A stretch of 64,000 nt of DNA from an uncultured Kiritimatiellota bacterium (GTDB taxonomy: Bacteria > Verrucomicrobiota > Kiritimatiellia > RFP12 > UBA1067). Under the pieces are notes generated by a model. It saw only the letters and a program-made list of their open reading frames with translations. It did no database searches and had not been told where the DNA came from. How positions within the stretch are numbered: the first letter of the stretch is position 1; the number at the start of each line of letters is the position of its first letter. The position numbers were made by a program, and so were the translations under genes. The stretch is from the NCBI GenBank assembly GCA_934635045.1, contig CAKTZA010000003.1, positions 13,143 through 77,142 on the forward strand, in the 5' to 3' direction. Below, one piece after another: positions 34,293 through 46,353 of the stretch.

Positions 34293-34301
34293 TGGTATAA
34301 T
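34293..34301 (+). promoter_or_regulatory. Extended -10 promoter (TGgTATAAT), 7 nt upstream of in-frame GTG 34309
   Basis: tttTATGGTATAAT gtgggcc GTG. The ORF-track ATG 34300 lies inside the -10 hexamer. Confidence 0.4.
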
Positions 34302-35352
34302 GTGGGCCGTGAACAGAAAGACAATTTCCCTTGCGGCCATTGCCGCGATTGTGGCGTGCGGTTCGGTTCGCGCGCAGGATCTCCCGACGCCGGGCGCCGG
34401 TTCGGGGGCTCAGACGGCCATCCGCTATGCGACGGACGCCTACCCCGGCTTCGACAACGAGAAGACGATCGTCAGCCCCGAACGCAAGAGCCCGCGCTGG
34501 TTCGCGTTCATCTTCGGGCCGAACCGGGAGGACGCGAAGAGCCAGCTCGCCTATTGCGTCGAGCTGATTCGCGCGGGCGACTTCTCGAAGGCGCGCCGCC
34601 AGCTCGACGCGCTCGTGCGCGAGTGGCCGACGGCCCCCGAAGCCCCGAAGGCCCAGCAGGCGCTCGCCGAGCTCTGCCTGACGCGGCTGGGCGAGACGGA
34701 GGAGGCGTTCGCGGAATACCGCTACCTGCTCGACTTCTATTCGCTTCAGGCCGACTACGACCGGATCGCCGACAAACTCTACCGGGTCGCGTGGCAGATG
34801 AAGGCCGAGGGCAAGGAGGTGATGTTCATCCACTTCGAGAACGTCGTGGACGTCCGCCGCGCGTTCGAGGCGTGCGTCCTGCACGCGCCGGGCGCGAAGT
34901 GGGTGCCGGAGGCGATGCTGACGATTGGCGCGCTGCGCGAGAAGGAGGGCGCGTACGAAAAGGCCGTGCAGGTCTACGAGAACCTGCGCAACATCTACCC
35001 GGATGCGGACGAGGCCAAGGCCGCGCTCCTGCACGAGGCGAAGGCGCGCATGGTGCTGCTGGACGACCACGCCTACAACCGTTCGCGCGCCCGCGACACG
35101 CAGGGCTTCCTCCAACTGGCGCGCGAGTCGTGCCGCGCGGAGGACCGCGAGGCGATTGGCGAGATGCTCTCGCGCGTCGAGACGCTGCTGGCGGACGAGG
35201 CGTACCGCAGCGCGCAGTTCTACGACTCGAAGACGCGCACGAAGCGCAGCGCGATCAGCGCCTACGAGAAGTTCCTCGCGCAATATCCCGAAGGCGAGCA
35301 CGCCGACGAGGCCCGTGCGCGCCTGGCAGAGCTGAAAGGTTCGGAGAAATGA
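34300..35352 (+). CDS. TPR-repeat lipoprotein, BamD-like (the true start may be GTG 34309)
   Basis: Signal plus lipobox-like AIAAIVACGS. TPR-like helices throughout (for example AYCVELIRAGDFSKARRQLDALVREWP). It is followed by an LptE-like lipoprotein. Confidence 0.55.
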   Translation: MWAVNRKTISLAAIAAIVACGSVRAQDLPTPGAGSGAQTAIRYATDAYPGFDNEKTIVSPERKSPRWFAFIFGPNREDAKSQLAYCVELIRAGDFSKARRQLDALVREWPTAPEAPKAQQALAELCLTRLGETEEAFAEYRYLLDFYSLQADYDRIADKLYRVAWQMKAEGKEVMFIHFENVVDVRRAFEACVLHAPGAKWVPEAMLTIGALREKEGAYEKAVQVYENLRNIYPDADEAKAALLHEAKARMVLLDDHAYNRSRARDTQGFLQLARESCRAEDREAIGEMLSRVETLLADEAYRSAQFYDSKTRTKRSAISAYEKFLAQYPEGEHADEARARLAELKGSEK

Positions 35353-35867
35353 AGGCATTCCGCATACTGTTGTCCCTTTCCCTCGTTGCCGCCTGCTGCG
35401 GCTGCGGCGCGAACTACCGGTGGCGTCCGTCCGTGCCGGCGGCGATGCGGACGGTGGCCGTGCCGACGTTCCGCAACGACTCCGAACTTCAGGAGATCGG
35501 GGCAATCGCCGCGCGTCAGGTGCTGCGCGAGTTCCAGCGCGAGGGCACGTTCAAGATCCGCCCGGCGGGCGACGCGGCGCTGGAGATTCAGGGCGTTGCG
35601 CGCGCGGTGTCGTCCGGGACGGCCGCCTACGACCGTCGTTCGGGGCTGCGGATTTCCGGCTACGAGCTTGTGGGGACGTTCGAGGTGTCCGTCATCGACA
35701 AGCGCGCGGGCAAGGTTCTGGTCGACAACCGCGAGTACACGGCACGGGCCGCGTATGCGACGGGGCAGGACCAGACGACGGCCCAGCGCGACGCCTCCGG
35801 GCGGCTGGCCGAGGACCTGGCGCGCCAGGTCGTGGACGATGTCCTCAATCTCAAATGGGAGAACTGA
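35349..35867 (+). CDS. LptE-like outer-membrane lipoprotein
   Basis: Only the last 173 codons of ORF 34212..35867 are used. ATGA overlap with the upstream stop. Lipoprotein signal MKAFRILLSLSLVAACCGC. The beta-rich pattern VAVPTFRNDSE...ALEIQG...YELVGTFEVSVID resembles LptE/RlpB. Confidence 0.5.
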   Translation: MKAFRILLSLSLVAACCGCGANYRWRPSVPAAMRTVAVPTFRNDSELQEIGAIAARQVLREFQREGTFKIRPAGDAALEIQGVARAVSSGTAAYDRRSGLRISGYELVGTFEVSVIDKRAGKVLVDNREYTARAAYATGQDQTTAQRDASGRLAEDLARQVVDDVLNLKWEN

Positions 35868-35869
35868 AC

Positions 35870-36178
35870 ATGGAAACGAATGAAGTTCATGCCGTGATCG
35901 AGCTGAAGATCACGCCGCAGCGGGACTGCGGGTTCGGCAAGCTCGCCGAACGGATCTCAAAGTTCGAGCAGGTCGAGGCGTGCTTCCTGATGAGCGGCGC
36001 CTATGACCTTTTGGTGTTCGTGAAGGGCGAGAGCCTGCAGGACGTCGCGCAGTTCGTCGCGCAGGACCTGTCGACGATCGACGGCGTCCTCTCGACGGCG
36101 ACGCACTTCATGCTGAAGACCTACAAGGCCGGCGGCGTGCTCGGCAAGCTGGACGATTCGCGACTGGAGGTGTCGTGA
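35870..36178 (+). CDS. Stand-alone Lrp/AsnC-type ligand-binding (RAM) domain protein
   Basis: Last 102 codons of ORF 35420..36178: HAVIELKI...FEQVEACFLMSGAYDLLVFVKGESLQDVAQFV...IDGVLSTATHFMLKTYK. Confidence 0.6.
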   Translation: METNEVHAVIELKITPQRDCGFGKLAERISKFEQVEACFLMSGAYDLLVFVKGESLQDVAQFVAQDLSTIDGVLSTATHFMLKTYKAGGVLGKLDDSRLEVS

Positions 36179-37566
36179 TGGCGGTCGATCTTGCCCAGAA
36201 GGCCCAGAACTTCACGAACCGCGGGCGGCAGGCGCTGGAGACGGGCCGCTACGAGCTCGCGGTGGACATGCTGATGGAGGCGGTCGCGGCCGCGCCGGAC
36301 GTGCTGGAGACGCGCAAGCTCCTGCGCGCGGCGCAGATCGCGAACTTCCGCAAGAACGGCAAGGCCGGCTTCGGCGCGAAGCTCGGCTACATGATGGCGC
36401 GGCAGAAGATCGCCGGCCTCATCAAGAAGGGGAAGGCCGCCGAGGCGATGGCCGAGGCGGAGAAGCTCCTCTCGCAGAATCCGCTCGACGCGGACAACAT
36501 CGAGGCGGCCGTCAAGGCGGCGGAGGCGGCCGGCAAGGCCGACCACGCGGCGATCACGGTCGAGGCGGCGTACGAGTGCTCGAACAGGGACCCGGCCCTC
36601 CTGGAGCGCGTGGCGACGTACTACACGATGGCGAAGCGCTGGGACAAGGCGCGCGACGCCTACCAGAAGCTTTCCGAACTGAAGCCCGGCGACCAGCGCA
36701 TCCTGCAGCTGCTGAAGAACACCGAGGCGCGCGCGACGATGAACGAGGGCTGGGAGCAGTCCGTCGGCAAGAAGGGCGGCTTCCAGAACCTGATCGCGAA
36801 CAAGGAGCAGGCCGCGAAGCTCGACGCCGCGAACAAGGCGGTCGTCACGGGCGACGACGCCGAGATCCTGATCCAGGAGAAGCTCAAGCAGATCGAGGCG
36901 GAGCCGAAGAACATGAACGCCCGCCGCGCGCTCGCCCGCATCTACATCCAGGGCAAGCGCTACTACGAGGCGATCGACGTCCTCCAGCAGGCGATCGCGG
37001 CGTCCGGCACGATGGATCCGGAGCTCGACCGCATGCTCTCGCAGACGAAGGTTCAGTACTACGACCAGCAGATCGAGGCCCTGCGCGCGGAAGGCCGCGA
37101 GGAGGAGGCCGTCAACATGGAGGGCGAGAAGAACCAGTTCGTCTTCGATGACCTCGCCCAGCGCGTCGAGCGCTACCCGAACGACCTGCACCTCCGCTTC
37201 GAGCTCGGCAAGCAGTACTACACCTACGGCTATTACGAGGAGGCCCTGACGCACTTGCAGCTCGCGCAGAAGTCGCCGAAGGACCGTCTCTGGGCGCTCT
37301 ACTACCTCGCGATGTGCTTCCTCGCGCAGGGGCAGACCGACATGGGCGTCATGCAGCTCGAGACGGCGCGCGACGCGATTCCGACGATGGACGAGCTCAA
37401 GAAGAACGTCGTCTACCAGCTCGGCCTCTGCGCCGAGGCTGCGGGCGACCTCGAGAAGGCCTACCAGTACTACAAGGACGTCTATTCGAGCGACGTGGGC
37501 TTCCAGGACCTCTCCGAGCGCATGCTCGCGGTGAGCCAGGCCCTGAAGCAACAGCAGCAGGGGTGA
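36175..37566 (+). CDS. TPR-repeat protein
   Basis: The GTG/ATG start overlaps the upstream stop. Repeated TPR-like helices (YYTMAKRWDKARDAYQKLSELKP, YIQGKRYYEAIDVLQQAI, YYTYGYYEEALTHLQLA, LGLCAEAAGDLEKAYQYYKDVY). Confidence 0.7.
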   Translation: MMAVDLAQKAQNFTNRGRQALETGRYELAVDMLMEAVAAAPDVLETRKLLRAAQIANFRKNGKAGFGAKLGYMMARQKIAGLIKKGKAAEAMAEAEKLLSQNPLDADNIEAAVKAAEAAGKADHAAITVEAAYECSNRDPALLERVATYYTMAKRWDKARDAYQKLSELKPGDQRILQLLKNTEARATMNEGWEQSVGKKGGFQNLIANKEQAAKLDAANKAVVTGDDAEILIQEKLKQIEAEPKNMNARRALARIYIQGKRYYEAIDVLQQAIAASGTMDPELDRMLSQTKVQYYDQQIEALRAEGREEEAVNMEGEKNQFVFDDLAQRVERYPNDLHLRFELGKQYYTYGYYEEALTHLQLAQKSPKDRLWALYYLAMCFLAQGQTDMGVMQLETARDAIPTMDELKKNVVYQLGLCAEAAGDLEKAYQYYKDVYSSDVGFQDLSERMLAVSQALKQQQQG

Positions 37567-37604
37567 GCCGTTTCGGTTCGCACTTGCGCGAAGCGCGGCG
37601 AATA

Positions 37605-37613
37605 TGATATACT
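37605..37613 (+). promoter_or_regulatory. Extended -10 promoter (TGaTATACT) of tRNA-Glu
   Basis: gaataTGATATACT lies 17 nt upstream of the tRNA 5' end. Confidence 0.45.
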
Positions 37614-37630
37614 ACGCCCCCGTTGAACAC

Positions 37631-37705
37631 GGCCCCATCGTCTATCGGCTAGGACACGAGCTTTTCATGCTTGGTAGAGGAGTTCGACTCTCCTTGGGGC
37701 TGCCA
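37631..37705 (+). tRNA. tRNA-Glu (anticodon UUC)
   Basis: Folded by hand. Acceptor GGCCCCA/TGGGGCT (G1-U72 wobble). D-arm GTCT-ATCGGCTA-GGAC. Anticodon arm CGAGC-TTTTCAT-GCTTG (U33, TTC, A37). Variable loop GTAG. T-arm AGGAG-TTCGACT-CTCCT. Discriminator G plus encoded CCA. Confidence 0.85.
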
Positions 37706-37730
37706 CTTCCGCGTGGCGCGCACATCTCCC

Positions 37731-38801
37731 ATGACCGACCGTGAGGCCTACATCGCCTTCAACCTGACGGAACACGTCGGGTTCGCGACCGCCGAGGAAC
37801 TGTCGAAGACGGCGGGTTCGGTCGTTGCGGCGTGGGAGGCGTATCCGAAGAAGATTTCCCGTGCGGGCGGCGTGGTCGATTGGCAAGGCGAGCTTCGGCA
37901 GGCGAAGAAGTTCGGCGTGACGGTTCTCACGCCGGCGGATGCGGACTATCCGAAGCAGCTGTGGACTGCGCCGGGGCGTCCGCTCGCGCTTTACGTGAAG
38001 GGCGACGTGTCCGTGCTCGCGAAGCCGTCGCTTGCGCTCATCGGCACGCGCCGCGCGACGACGTACGGACGGGATCTCGCGAACCGTTTGGCCTTTGACC
38101 TCGCGCAGGCCGGGTGGTCGGTCGTCTCGGGGCTTGCGCTCGGCATCGACGCCGAGGCGCATCGCGGCGCGCTCGCGGCGGATGGCGTGACGGTCGGCGT
38201 ACTGGGCTCCGGCCTCGACCGCTTCTATCCGGAGGGGAACCGCGAACTCGCGCGCGAAATCGTCCAGAAGGGCGGCGCGGTCGTGAGCGAGTTCCCGTTT
38301 GGGCGTCCGCCGGACCGCGAGACGTTCCCGATCCGCAACCATGTCGTCGCGGCGCTTGTGCGCGGCGTCGTCGCCGTTGAGGCGCCGGCGCGGTCGGGCA
38401 CGCTCATCACGACGTCGATTGCCGCCGACCTCGGCCGCACGGTGATGGCCGTGCCCGCGCGTGTCGACAGCCGGATGTCCGCCGGGTGCCTGCAGCTGAT
38501 TCGCGACGGGGCGATTCTCGTGCGCAATGCGGACGATGTGCTGGAGGCGATGAGCGAGCTGCTGCCGAAGGGCGCGGCGAAGAAGCCGGCGGACGCGGCG
38601 GCGGAGAAGGATTCCGACCAGCCGCCCTATTCCGTCGAGGAGGCGCTTGTCATGCTGCACGTGACCGAGGAGGGCGTGTCGTTGGACGAGCTGGTGCGCG
38701 AGACGAAGCTGTCGGTCGCGCGCGTGAATTCGTTGGCGATGCAGCTGCGGCTGAAGGGATTCATCAGGTTTTTGCCGGGAAATCGAGTGGCTCGCCTTTG
38801 A
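37731..38801 (+). CDS. dprA: DNA-processing protein DprA (Smf)
   Basis: The start is moved to ATG 37731 because the ORF-track start 37671 overlaps the tRNA. Core motifs: LIGTRRATTYG, VVSGLALGIDAEAHRGAL, GVLGSGLDRFYPEGN, ETFPIRNHVVAAL, SGTLITTSIAADLGRTVMAVP. Confidence 0.85.
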   Translation: MTDREAYIAFNLTEHVGFATAEELSKTAGSVVAAWEAYPKKISRAGGVVDWQGELRQAKKFGVTVLTPADADYPKQLWTAPGRPLALYVKGDVSVLAKPSLALIGTRRATTYGRDLANRLAFDLAQAGWSVVSGLALGIDAEAHRGALAADGVTVGVLGSGLDRFYPEGNRELAREIVQKGGAVVSEFPFGRPPDRETFPIRNHVVAALVRGVVAVEAPARSGTLITTSIAADLGRTVMAVPARVDSRMSAGCLQLIRDGAILVRNADDVLEAMSELLPKGAAKKPADAAAEKDSDQPPYSVEEALVMLHVTEEGVSLDELVRETKLSVARVNSLAMQLRLKGFIRFLPGNRVARL

Positions 38802-38814
38802 ACGGGCCAGATTA

Positions 38815-38823
38815 TGCTATAAT
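38815..38823 (+). promoter_or_regulatory. Extended -10 promoter (TGcTATAAT) of valS
   Basis: cagattaTGCTATAAT lies 35 nt upstream of ATG 38859. Confidence 0.5.
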
Positions 38824-38858
38824 ATCACCCTTAAAGGGCAAACAGACGAAAAAACGAA

Positions 38859-41711
<2,853 letters not shown>

Positions 41712-41754
41712 GTGGCTCCGCCGGGGCTGGGTTGCCGTGAAAAACGAAAAAGAG

Positions 41755-41760
41755 TATAAT
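41755..41760 (+). promoter_or_regulatory. -10 hexamer TATAAT in the AT-rich region upstream of infA
   Basis: aaaaagagTATAATacgtaaaattattt lies 34 nt upstream of ATG 41795. There is no TG extension. Confidence 0.3.
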
Positions 41761-41794
41761 ACGTAAAATTATTTAGTCCAAATAAGGCACACGC

Positions 41795-42022
41795 ATGGCG
41801 AAAGAAGAAGATCAGGCGATCGAAGTCACGGGGACCGTCACGAAGGTTCTGCCGGCGACGATGTACAAGGTGCAGCTCGAAAACGGGCATGAGGTTCTCG
41901 CGCACATTTCCGGCAAGATGCGGAAGTTCTTCATCAAGATCGCGATCGGCGACAAGGTCACGGTCGAGATTTCGCCGTACGATCTCGGCAAGGGCCGCAT
42001 CACCTATCGTCACAAGGCGTAG
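41795..42022 (+). CDS. infA: Translation initiation factor IF-1
   Basis: 75 aa. [64 protein letters not shown]. Confidence 0.95.
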   Translation: MAKEEDQAIEVTGTVTKVLPATMYKVQLENGHEVLAHISGKMRKFFIKIAIGDKVTVEISPYDLGKGRITYRHKA

Positions 42023-42156
42023 GTTGCGCGGCGAGAGCCGGTTCTTGGGCTTGGTAATCTTGGGTTCAGGTCTTATTGGGCAGATTAAGTCAGATTTGAA
42101 AATTCAGGTGTGGGGCGAAACGGCCCTGTGCCGCAACAACTAAGGAGAGACAACAC

Positions 42157-42921
42157 ATGTCAGGTCACAGCCACTGGGCGACAATCAAGCGCGCGAAAGG
42201 CGCGGCGGACGCGAAGAAGGGCAAAATCTTCTCGAAACTCGGCAAGGAAATCACGATCGTCGTGAAGGCGAAGGGCGGCAACCCCGACAACAACCCGACG
42301 CTCCGCACGCTCATCGCGAAGGCGAAGGCGGCGCAGATGCCGAACGACAACATCGACCGCGCGATCAAGAAGGGCACGGGCGAGCTTGAGTCCGCCGAAA
42401 TGGTCGACGCCCAGTACGAGGGCATCAAGAACGGCACGGCGATTGTCGTGCGCGTGCTGACGGACAACAAGAACCGCGCGGCGGCGGAAGTCTCGAACGT
42501 CTTCAAGAAGAACGGCATCGAGCTCGCGAAGCCGGGCAGCGCGTCGCGTCTCTTCGACAAGCTCGGCCAGATCATGATCCCGGCGGCGGACGGCGTGACC
42601 GAAGACAAGGTCATGGAAGTCGCGCTGGAGGCGGGCGCCGAGGACGTCATCGCCGAAGACGGCGGTTTCACGGTCAAGTGCCAGCCGAACGACTTCATTG
42701 CGGTCTGCGACGCGATCAAGGCGGCCGGCATCGCGATCGACGAGGAGAACTCGAACGTCGGGCTCGTCCCGAACATGACGAACCCGGTCTCCGACGTCGC
42801 GGTCGCGAAGGCGATCAACAAGTTCATCGAGATGCTGGAAGACCTTGAGGACACGCAGGACGTCTACCACAACATGGAGACGACCGACGAGGTCGACGCG
42901 GCGCTCGAAGCCGAGGGCTGA
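42157..42921 (+). CDS. yebC: YebC/PmpR-family DNA-binding transcriptional regulator
   Basis: AAGGAG RBS. MSGHSHWATIKRAKGAADAKKGKIFSKLGKEI...NPTLRTLIAKAKAAQMPNDNIDRAIKKG. Confidence 0.9.
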   Translation: MSGHSHWATIKRAKGAADAKKGKIFSKLGKEITIVVKAKGGNPDNNPTLRTLIAKAKAAQMPNDNIDRAIKKGTGELESAEMVDAQYEGIKNGTAIVVRVLTDNKNRAAAEVSNVFKKNGIELAKPGSASRLFDKLGQIMIPAADGVTEDKVMEVALEAGAEDVIAEDGGFTVKCQPNDFIAVCDAIKAAGIAIDEENSNVGLVPNMTNPVSDVAVAKAINKFIEMLEDLEDTQDVYHNMETTDEVDAALEAEG

Positions 42922-42958
42922 GCCGTTGGCGACTCGTGAAAGGGCGCGGTTCGCGTCG

Positions 42959-44191
42959 ATGTTCGGTTTCCTCAAGCGCAAAAGCAAGGGCCCTGTCGTC
43001 TACAAGCGACAGGAGCACTGCATTTCGCGCAAGAACATCGACCCGGACGCGCTGAAAGTCCTCTATCGCCTCTCCGACGCGGGCTACACGGCGTATCTCG
43101 TGGGCGGCGGCGTGCGCGACCTCCTGCTGGGGCGCGAGCCGAAGGACTTTGACGTCGGGACGTCCGCCAAGCCGAACCAGGTGCGGCGGGTGTTCAGCAA
43201 CTGCTTCCTGATTGGCCGCCGCTTCCGCCTCGCGCACATCCGCTTCGGCACGAAGGTGATCGAGACGGCGACGTTCCGCCAGAACTCCCAGACGGTCGGC
43301 GAGATCATCGAGCACGCGGCGGAGGGCCCGCAGGAGGACAACACCTTCGGTACGCCGGAGACGGACGCCTACCGCCGCGACTTCACGGTGAACGGCCTCT
43401 TTTACGACATCCGCGACTACTCGGTCATCGACTGGGTCGGCGGCATGAAGGACCTGGAGAAGAAGGTCATCCGCGCCATCGGCGACCCCGCGATCCGCTT
43501 CCAGGAAGACCCCGTGCGCATGATGCGCGCGATCAAGTTCTCGTCGCGCCTCGGCTTCACGATCGAGCGGAAGACGGCGGCGGCGATGCGGAAGCATCAC
43601 CGCTGCATCTTGACGGCGGCCGTGCCGCGCGTCTGCGAGGAGGTGTTCCGCCTCTTCCCCTACGGGCACAGCGAGGAGGCGTTCCGCCAGATGTACGAAT
43701 ACGGCCTCCTCGGCGACCTCGTGCCGGAGCTTGCGGCGTTCATCGACCGCGACGGCGGCGCGAAGTCGAAGACGTTCCAGTACCTGAAGGGGCTGGACGC
43801 CTACGAGCGGATGATGGCGAAGAAGGGCTTTGAGGTCTCGAACGCCCTGCGCGCCGCCGTGCTGATGACGGCGTTTTTCCGGGCGGAGAGGAAGGACGGC
43901 GCGAGCCGCCGCATCATGGAGTACCTGACGAAGCCGCTCGCGACGCCGAAGGCCACGTTCTTCACGGGCGTCGTGCTGATGGAGTCGCTGCGCCGCCTGT
44001 CCCAGCCGCCGTCGCGCGGCAAGCAGCGGTTCATCTACAACCGCGACTTCCTGGACGCGCTCGACTACGCGCGCATCGTCGCCCGCGTCGAGGGGCGGAG
44101 CGAAAAGGTCTTGAACGAATGGGCCGATCTCTACGAGGAGAAACGCCCGTACGAAGAGGAATCAGAAGAAGAGAAAGGAACGAACGCATGA
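42959..44191 (+). CDS. pcnB: Poly(A) polymerase I / tRNA nucleotidyltransferase-family enzyme
   Basis: The start is moved to ATG 42959 because the ORF-track start 42845 overlaps yebC. AYLVGGGVRDLLLGREPKDFDVGTSAKP, FRLAHIRF, RRDFTVNGLFYD, DPVRMMRAIKFSSRLGF. Confidence 0.8.
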   Translation: MFGFLKRKSKGPVVYKRQEHCISRKNIDPDALKVLYRLSDAGYTAYLVGGGVRDLLLGREPKDFDVGTSAKPNQVRRVFSNCFLIGRRFRLAHIRFGTKVIETATFRQNSQTVGEIIEHAAEGPQEDNTFGTPETDAYRRDFTVNGLFYDIRDYSVIDWVGGMKDLEKKVIRAIGDPAIRFQEDPVRMMRAIKFSSRLGFTIERKTAAAMRKHHRCILTAAVPRVCEEVFRLFPYGHSEEAFRQMYEYGLLGDLVPELAAFIDRDGGAKSKTFQYLKGLDAYERMMAKKGFEVSNALRAAVLMTAFFRAERKDGASRRIMEYLTKPLATPKATFFTGVVLMESLRRLSQPPSRGKQRFIYNRDFLDALDYARIVARVEGRSEKVLNEWADLYEEKRPYEEESEEEKGTNA

Positions 44192-44817
44192 ATCTCAAGA
44201 AGAACCCCGAACTCATTCCGCTGGTCGAATGGTGGGAGAAGGACGGCAAGCAGACCGTCATCTGGCTGCTCGTCGCGGCGATTGCCGTGGGCGGCTGGTA
44301 CGGCTGGAAGAACCACCGCGCGGCGATGAAGGCGGCGGCGTCCGACGCGGCCGTGAACGCCTACACGACCGAGGAGATCGAGGAGGCCGTCTCGAAGTTC
44401 TCCGGCACGGCGACGGCGGGCGCGCTGAAGCTGCGCCTCGCGAAGAACTACTTCGACAACGGCCGCTACGAGGAGGCGCTGGCGCAGTACGAGGCGCTGG
44501 ACGGCAAGGCCCCCGACGGCTTTGCGGACGTGCCGGCCGTCGGCAAGGCGCAGTGCCTCGAAGCCCTGAAGAAGTTCCCGGAGGCGTTGGCCGCGTTTGA
44601 TGCGTTCGTGCAGGCGAGCCCGAACGGCTACCTGACGCTTACGGCCCAGCTCGGCGCCGTGCGGTGCCTTGCGCAGGAAGGCCAGAAGGACGAGGCCCTG
44701 AAGCGTCTCGCGGCTCTGAAGGACGCGAACAAGGACGACGAGATCGCCACGGCGCGCATCGACGCGACCGAGGCGCTCGTCCAGCGTTACGAGGCGCCGA
44801 AGGCGGCGGACAAGTAA
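44188..44817 (+). CDS. Membrane-anchored TPR protein (YfgM-like)
   Basis: ATGA overlap with the pcnB stop. TM segment VIWLLVAAIAVGGWYGW, then TPR-like helices (LAKNYFDNGRYEEALAQYEAL). Confidence 0.5.
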   Translation: MNLKKNPELIPLVEWWEKDGKQTVIWLLVAAIAVGGWYGWKNHRAAMKAAASDAAVNAYTTEEIEEAVSKFSGTATAGALKLRLAKNYFDNGRYEEALAQYEALDGKAPDGFADVPAVGKAQCLEALKKFPEALAAFDAFVQASPNGYLTLTAQLGAVRCLAQEGQKDEALKRLAALKDANKDDEIATARIDATEALVQRYEAPKAADK

Positions 44818-44832
44818 GGCGGCGCGGGCCCT

Positions 44833-46272
44833 ATGGAATTCGAGAACACGATCGGGCTGGAGACGCACGTCCAGCTCAAGACGAAGACGAAGATGTTCTG
44901 CGGCTGTCTGCTGAAGACGGGCTGCGAGCCGAACACGAACGTCTGCCCCGTCTGCCTCGGCTATCCGGGGGCCCTGCCGGTCATGAACAAGGAGGCCGTG
45001 AAGCTCACGGTGATGAGCGGCCTTATGCTCGGCAGCGAGATCAACGCGCACGCGACCTTCGACCGGAAGAACTACTTCTACCCGGACATGGCGAAGGACT
45101 ACCAGATCTCCGAGAACGGCAACCCCCTCTGCCTCGGCGGCGGCGTGGAGATCACGCGGGCGGACGGCTCGAAGAAGCTCATCCGCATCAACCACATCCA
45201 TTTGGAAGAGGACGCCGCGAAGATCAACCACTACGCGACGACGTCGGGCGTGGACTTCAACCGTGGCGGCACGCCGCTCATGGAGATCGTCTCCGAGCCG
45301 GATTTGGCGTCCGCTGACGAGGCCATCGCCTACCTGACGGCCCTGAAGGAGATTCTCGTCTACGCGGGCGTGTCGGACTGCAACCTCGAAGAGGGGAACA
45401 TGCGTTCCGACGTCAACATCTCGATCCGTCCGAAGGGCGAGACGACGCTCGGCACGAAGGTCGAGATCAAGAACATGAACTCGTTCTCCGGCATCCACGC
45501 CGCGCTCGTCTACGAGGCGAAGCGCCAGCGCGCGTGCGTCGCGCAGGGCGTGCCGATCGTGCAGGAGACGCGCCGGTGGGACCCGGAGGCGCTGGAGACG
45601 GCGTCCATGCGCACGAAGGAGAACGCGCACGACTACCGCTATTTCCCGGAGCCGGACCTCGTGCCGGTCGAGCTGTCCGAGGCGCAGGTCGCCGCCTGGC
45701 GCGCGCTGCTGCCGGAGAAGCCGGAGGCGCGCCGCGTCCGCATGATCGAGCAGTACGGCCTCGCCGAGTACGACGCCGAGGTGCTGTCGCAGCACAAGGC
45801 GAACGCCGACTATTTTGAGTTGTCGGCAAAGGGGTTGCGGAATTCTTGCCATGCAAAAGGATTGTGCAATCTTATAATGGGGGATGTCTTTGCTTATTAC
45901 AACGCAAAAAACATTGAATCTCCAGATTTAAATACGGCGCCATCTCTAAGTTGTTTGTATGAGATGAGTTGCGATAATGAGATTAATGGCCCTACGATGA
46001 AGCAACTCTTGCCAGATGTGCTTTCGGGACAAATCCTTGATGTCCGAGCCACGGTGAAGGCGCGCGGCCTCGGCGCCGTGAGCGACACGGCCGCGCTGGA
46101 GGCGTTCGTCGACCAGGCGATCGCGGCGAATCCGGGGCCGGTCGCGGACTTCAAGGCCGGCAAGAAGGCGGCGGCGGGGTTCTTCGTCGGGCAGGTCATG
46201 AAGCTCTCGAAGGGCAAGGCCGACCCGAAGCTCGTCGGCCCGCTCGTCGCGAAGAAGCTCGCCGCGCTCTAA
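44833..46272 (+). CDS. gatB: Asp/Glu-tRNA(Asn/Gln) amidotransferase subunit B
   Basis: FENTIGLETHVQLKTKTKMFCGC, VCPVCLGYPGALP, FDRKNYFYPD, HLEEDAAK, EIKNMNSF and the C-terminal GatB/YqeY tail FFVGQVMKLSKGKADP. Confidence 0.95.
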   Translation: MEFENTIGLETHVQLKTKTKMFCGCLLKTGCEPNTNVCPVCLGYPGALPVMNKEAVKLTVMSGLMLGSEINAHATFDRKNYFYPDMAKDYQISENGNPLCLGGGVEITRADGSKKLIRINHIHLEEDAAKINHYATTSGVDFNRGGTPLMEIVSEPDLASADEAIAYLTALKEILVYAGVSDCNLEEGNMRSDVNISIRPKGETTLGTKVEIKNMNSFSGIHAALVYEAKRQRACVAQGVPIVQETRRWDPEALETASMRTKENAHDYRYFPEPDLVPVELSEAQVAAWRALLPEKPEARRVRMIEQYGLAEYDAEVLSQHKANADYFELSAKGLRNSCHAKGLCNLIMGDVFAYYNAKNIESPDLNTAPSLSCLYEMSCDNEINGPTMKQLLPDVLSGQILDVRATVKARGLGAVSDTAALEAFVDQAIAANPGPVADFKAGKKAAAGFFVGQVMKLSKGKADPKLVGPLVAKKLAAL

Positions 46273-46289
46273 GCGGCCCCGCAACGCGC

Positions 46290-46314
46290 GGCGATTTCGC
46301 CCATCGCCGATTTA
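46290..46314 (+). terminator. Weak hairpin GGCGAT-ttcgccc-ATCGCC followed by GATTTA, downstream of gatB
   Basis: Read directly. The stem is short and the T-tract is poor. Confidence 0.25.
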
Positions 46315-46323
46315 TGCTATAAT
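46315..46323 (+). promoter_or_regulatory. Extended -10 promoter (TGcTATAAT) of the acyl-CoA synthetase operon
   Basis: cgatttaTGCTATAAT lies 30 nt upstream of ATG 46354, with AGGAAAGGA in the leader. Confidence 0.5.
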
Positions 46324-46353
46324 ACGCGCCCATTTTAGGAAAGGATCCTGAAA

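Noticed and set aside
34212-35348. First 379 codons of the 551-aa ORF 34212..35867
   Set aside because: It overlaps the TPR lipoprotein gene in another frame with Arg/Gly-rich noise. Only the distal 173 codons, starting at an ATGA overlap with a lipoprotein signal, look real.
37671-37730. ORF-track start of dprA at 37671
   Set aside because: It overlaps the 3' half of tRNA-Glu (37631..37705). The first downstream in-frame ATG (37731) gives a normal DprA N-terminus.
42023-42156. Possible small RNA or tRNA in the infA-yebC spacer
   Set aside because: I could not fold a cloverleaf or a convincing terminator by hand. Only a weak GGGC…GCCC stem is present.
42845-42958. ORF-track start of pcnB at 42845
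   Set aside because: It overlaps the end of yebC. The extension is Arg/Thr/Ser-rich noise. ATG 42959 (MFGFLKRKSK…) is preferred.
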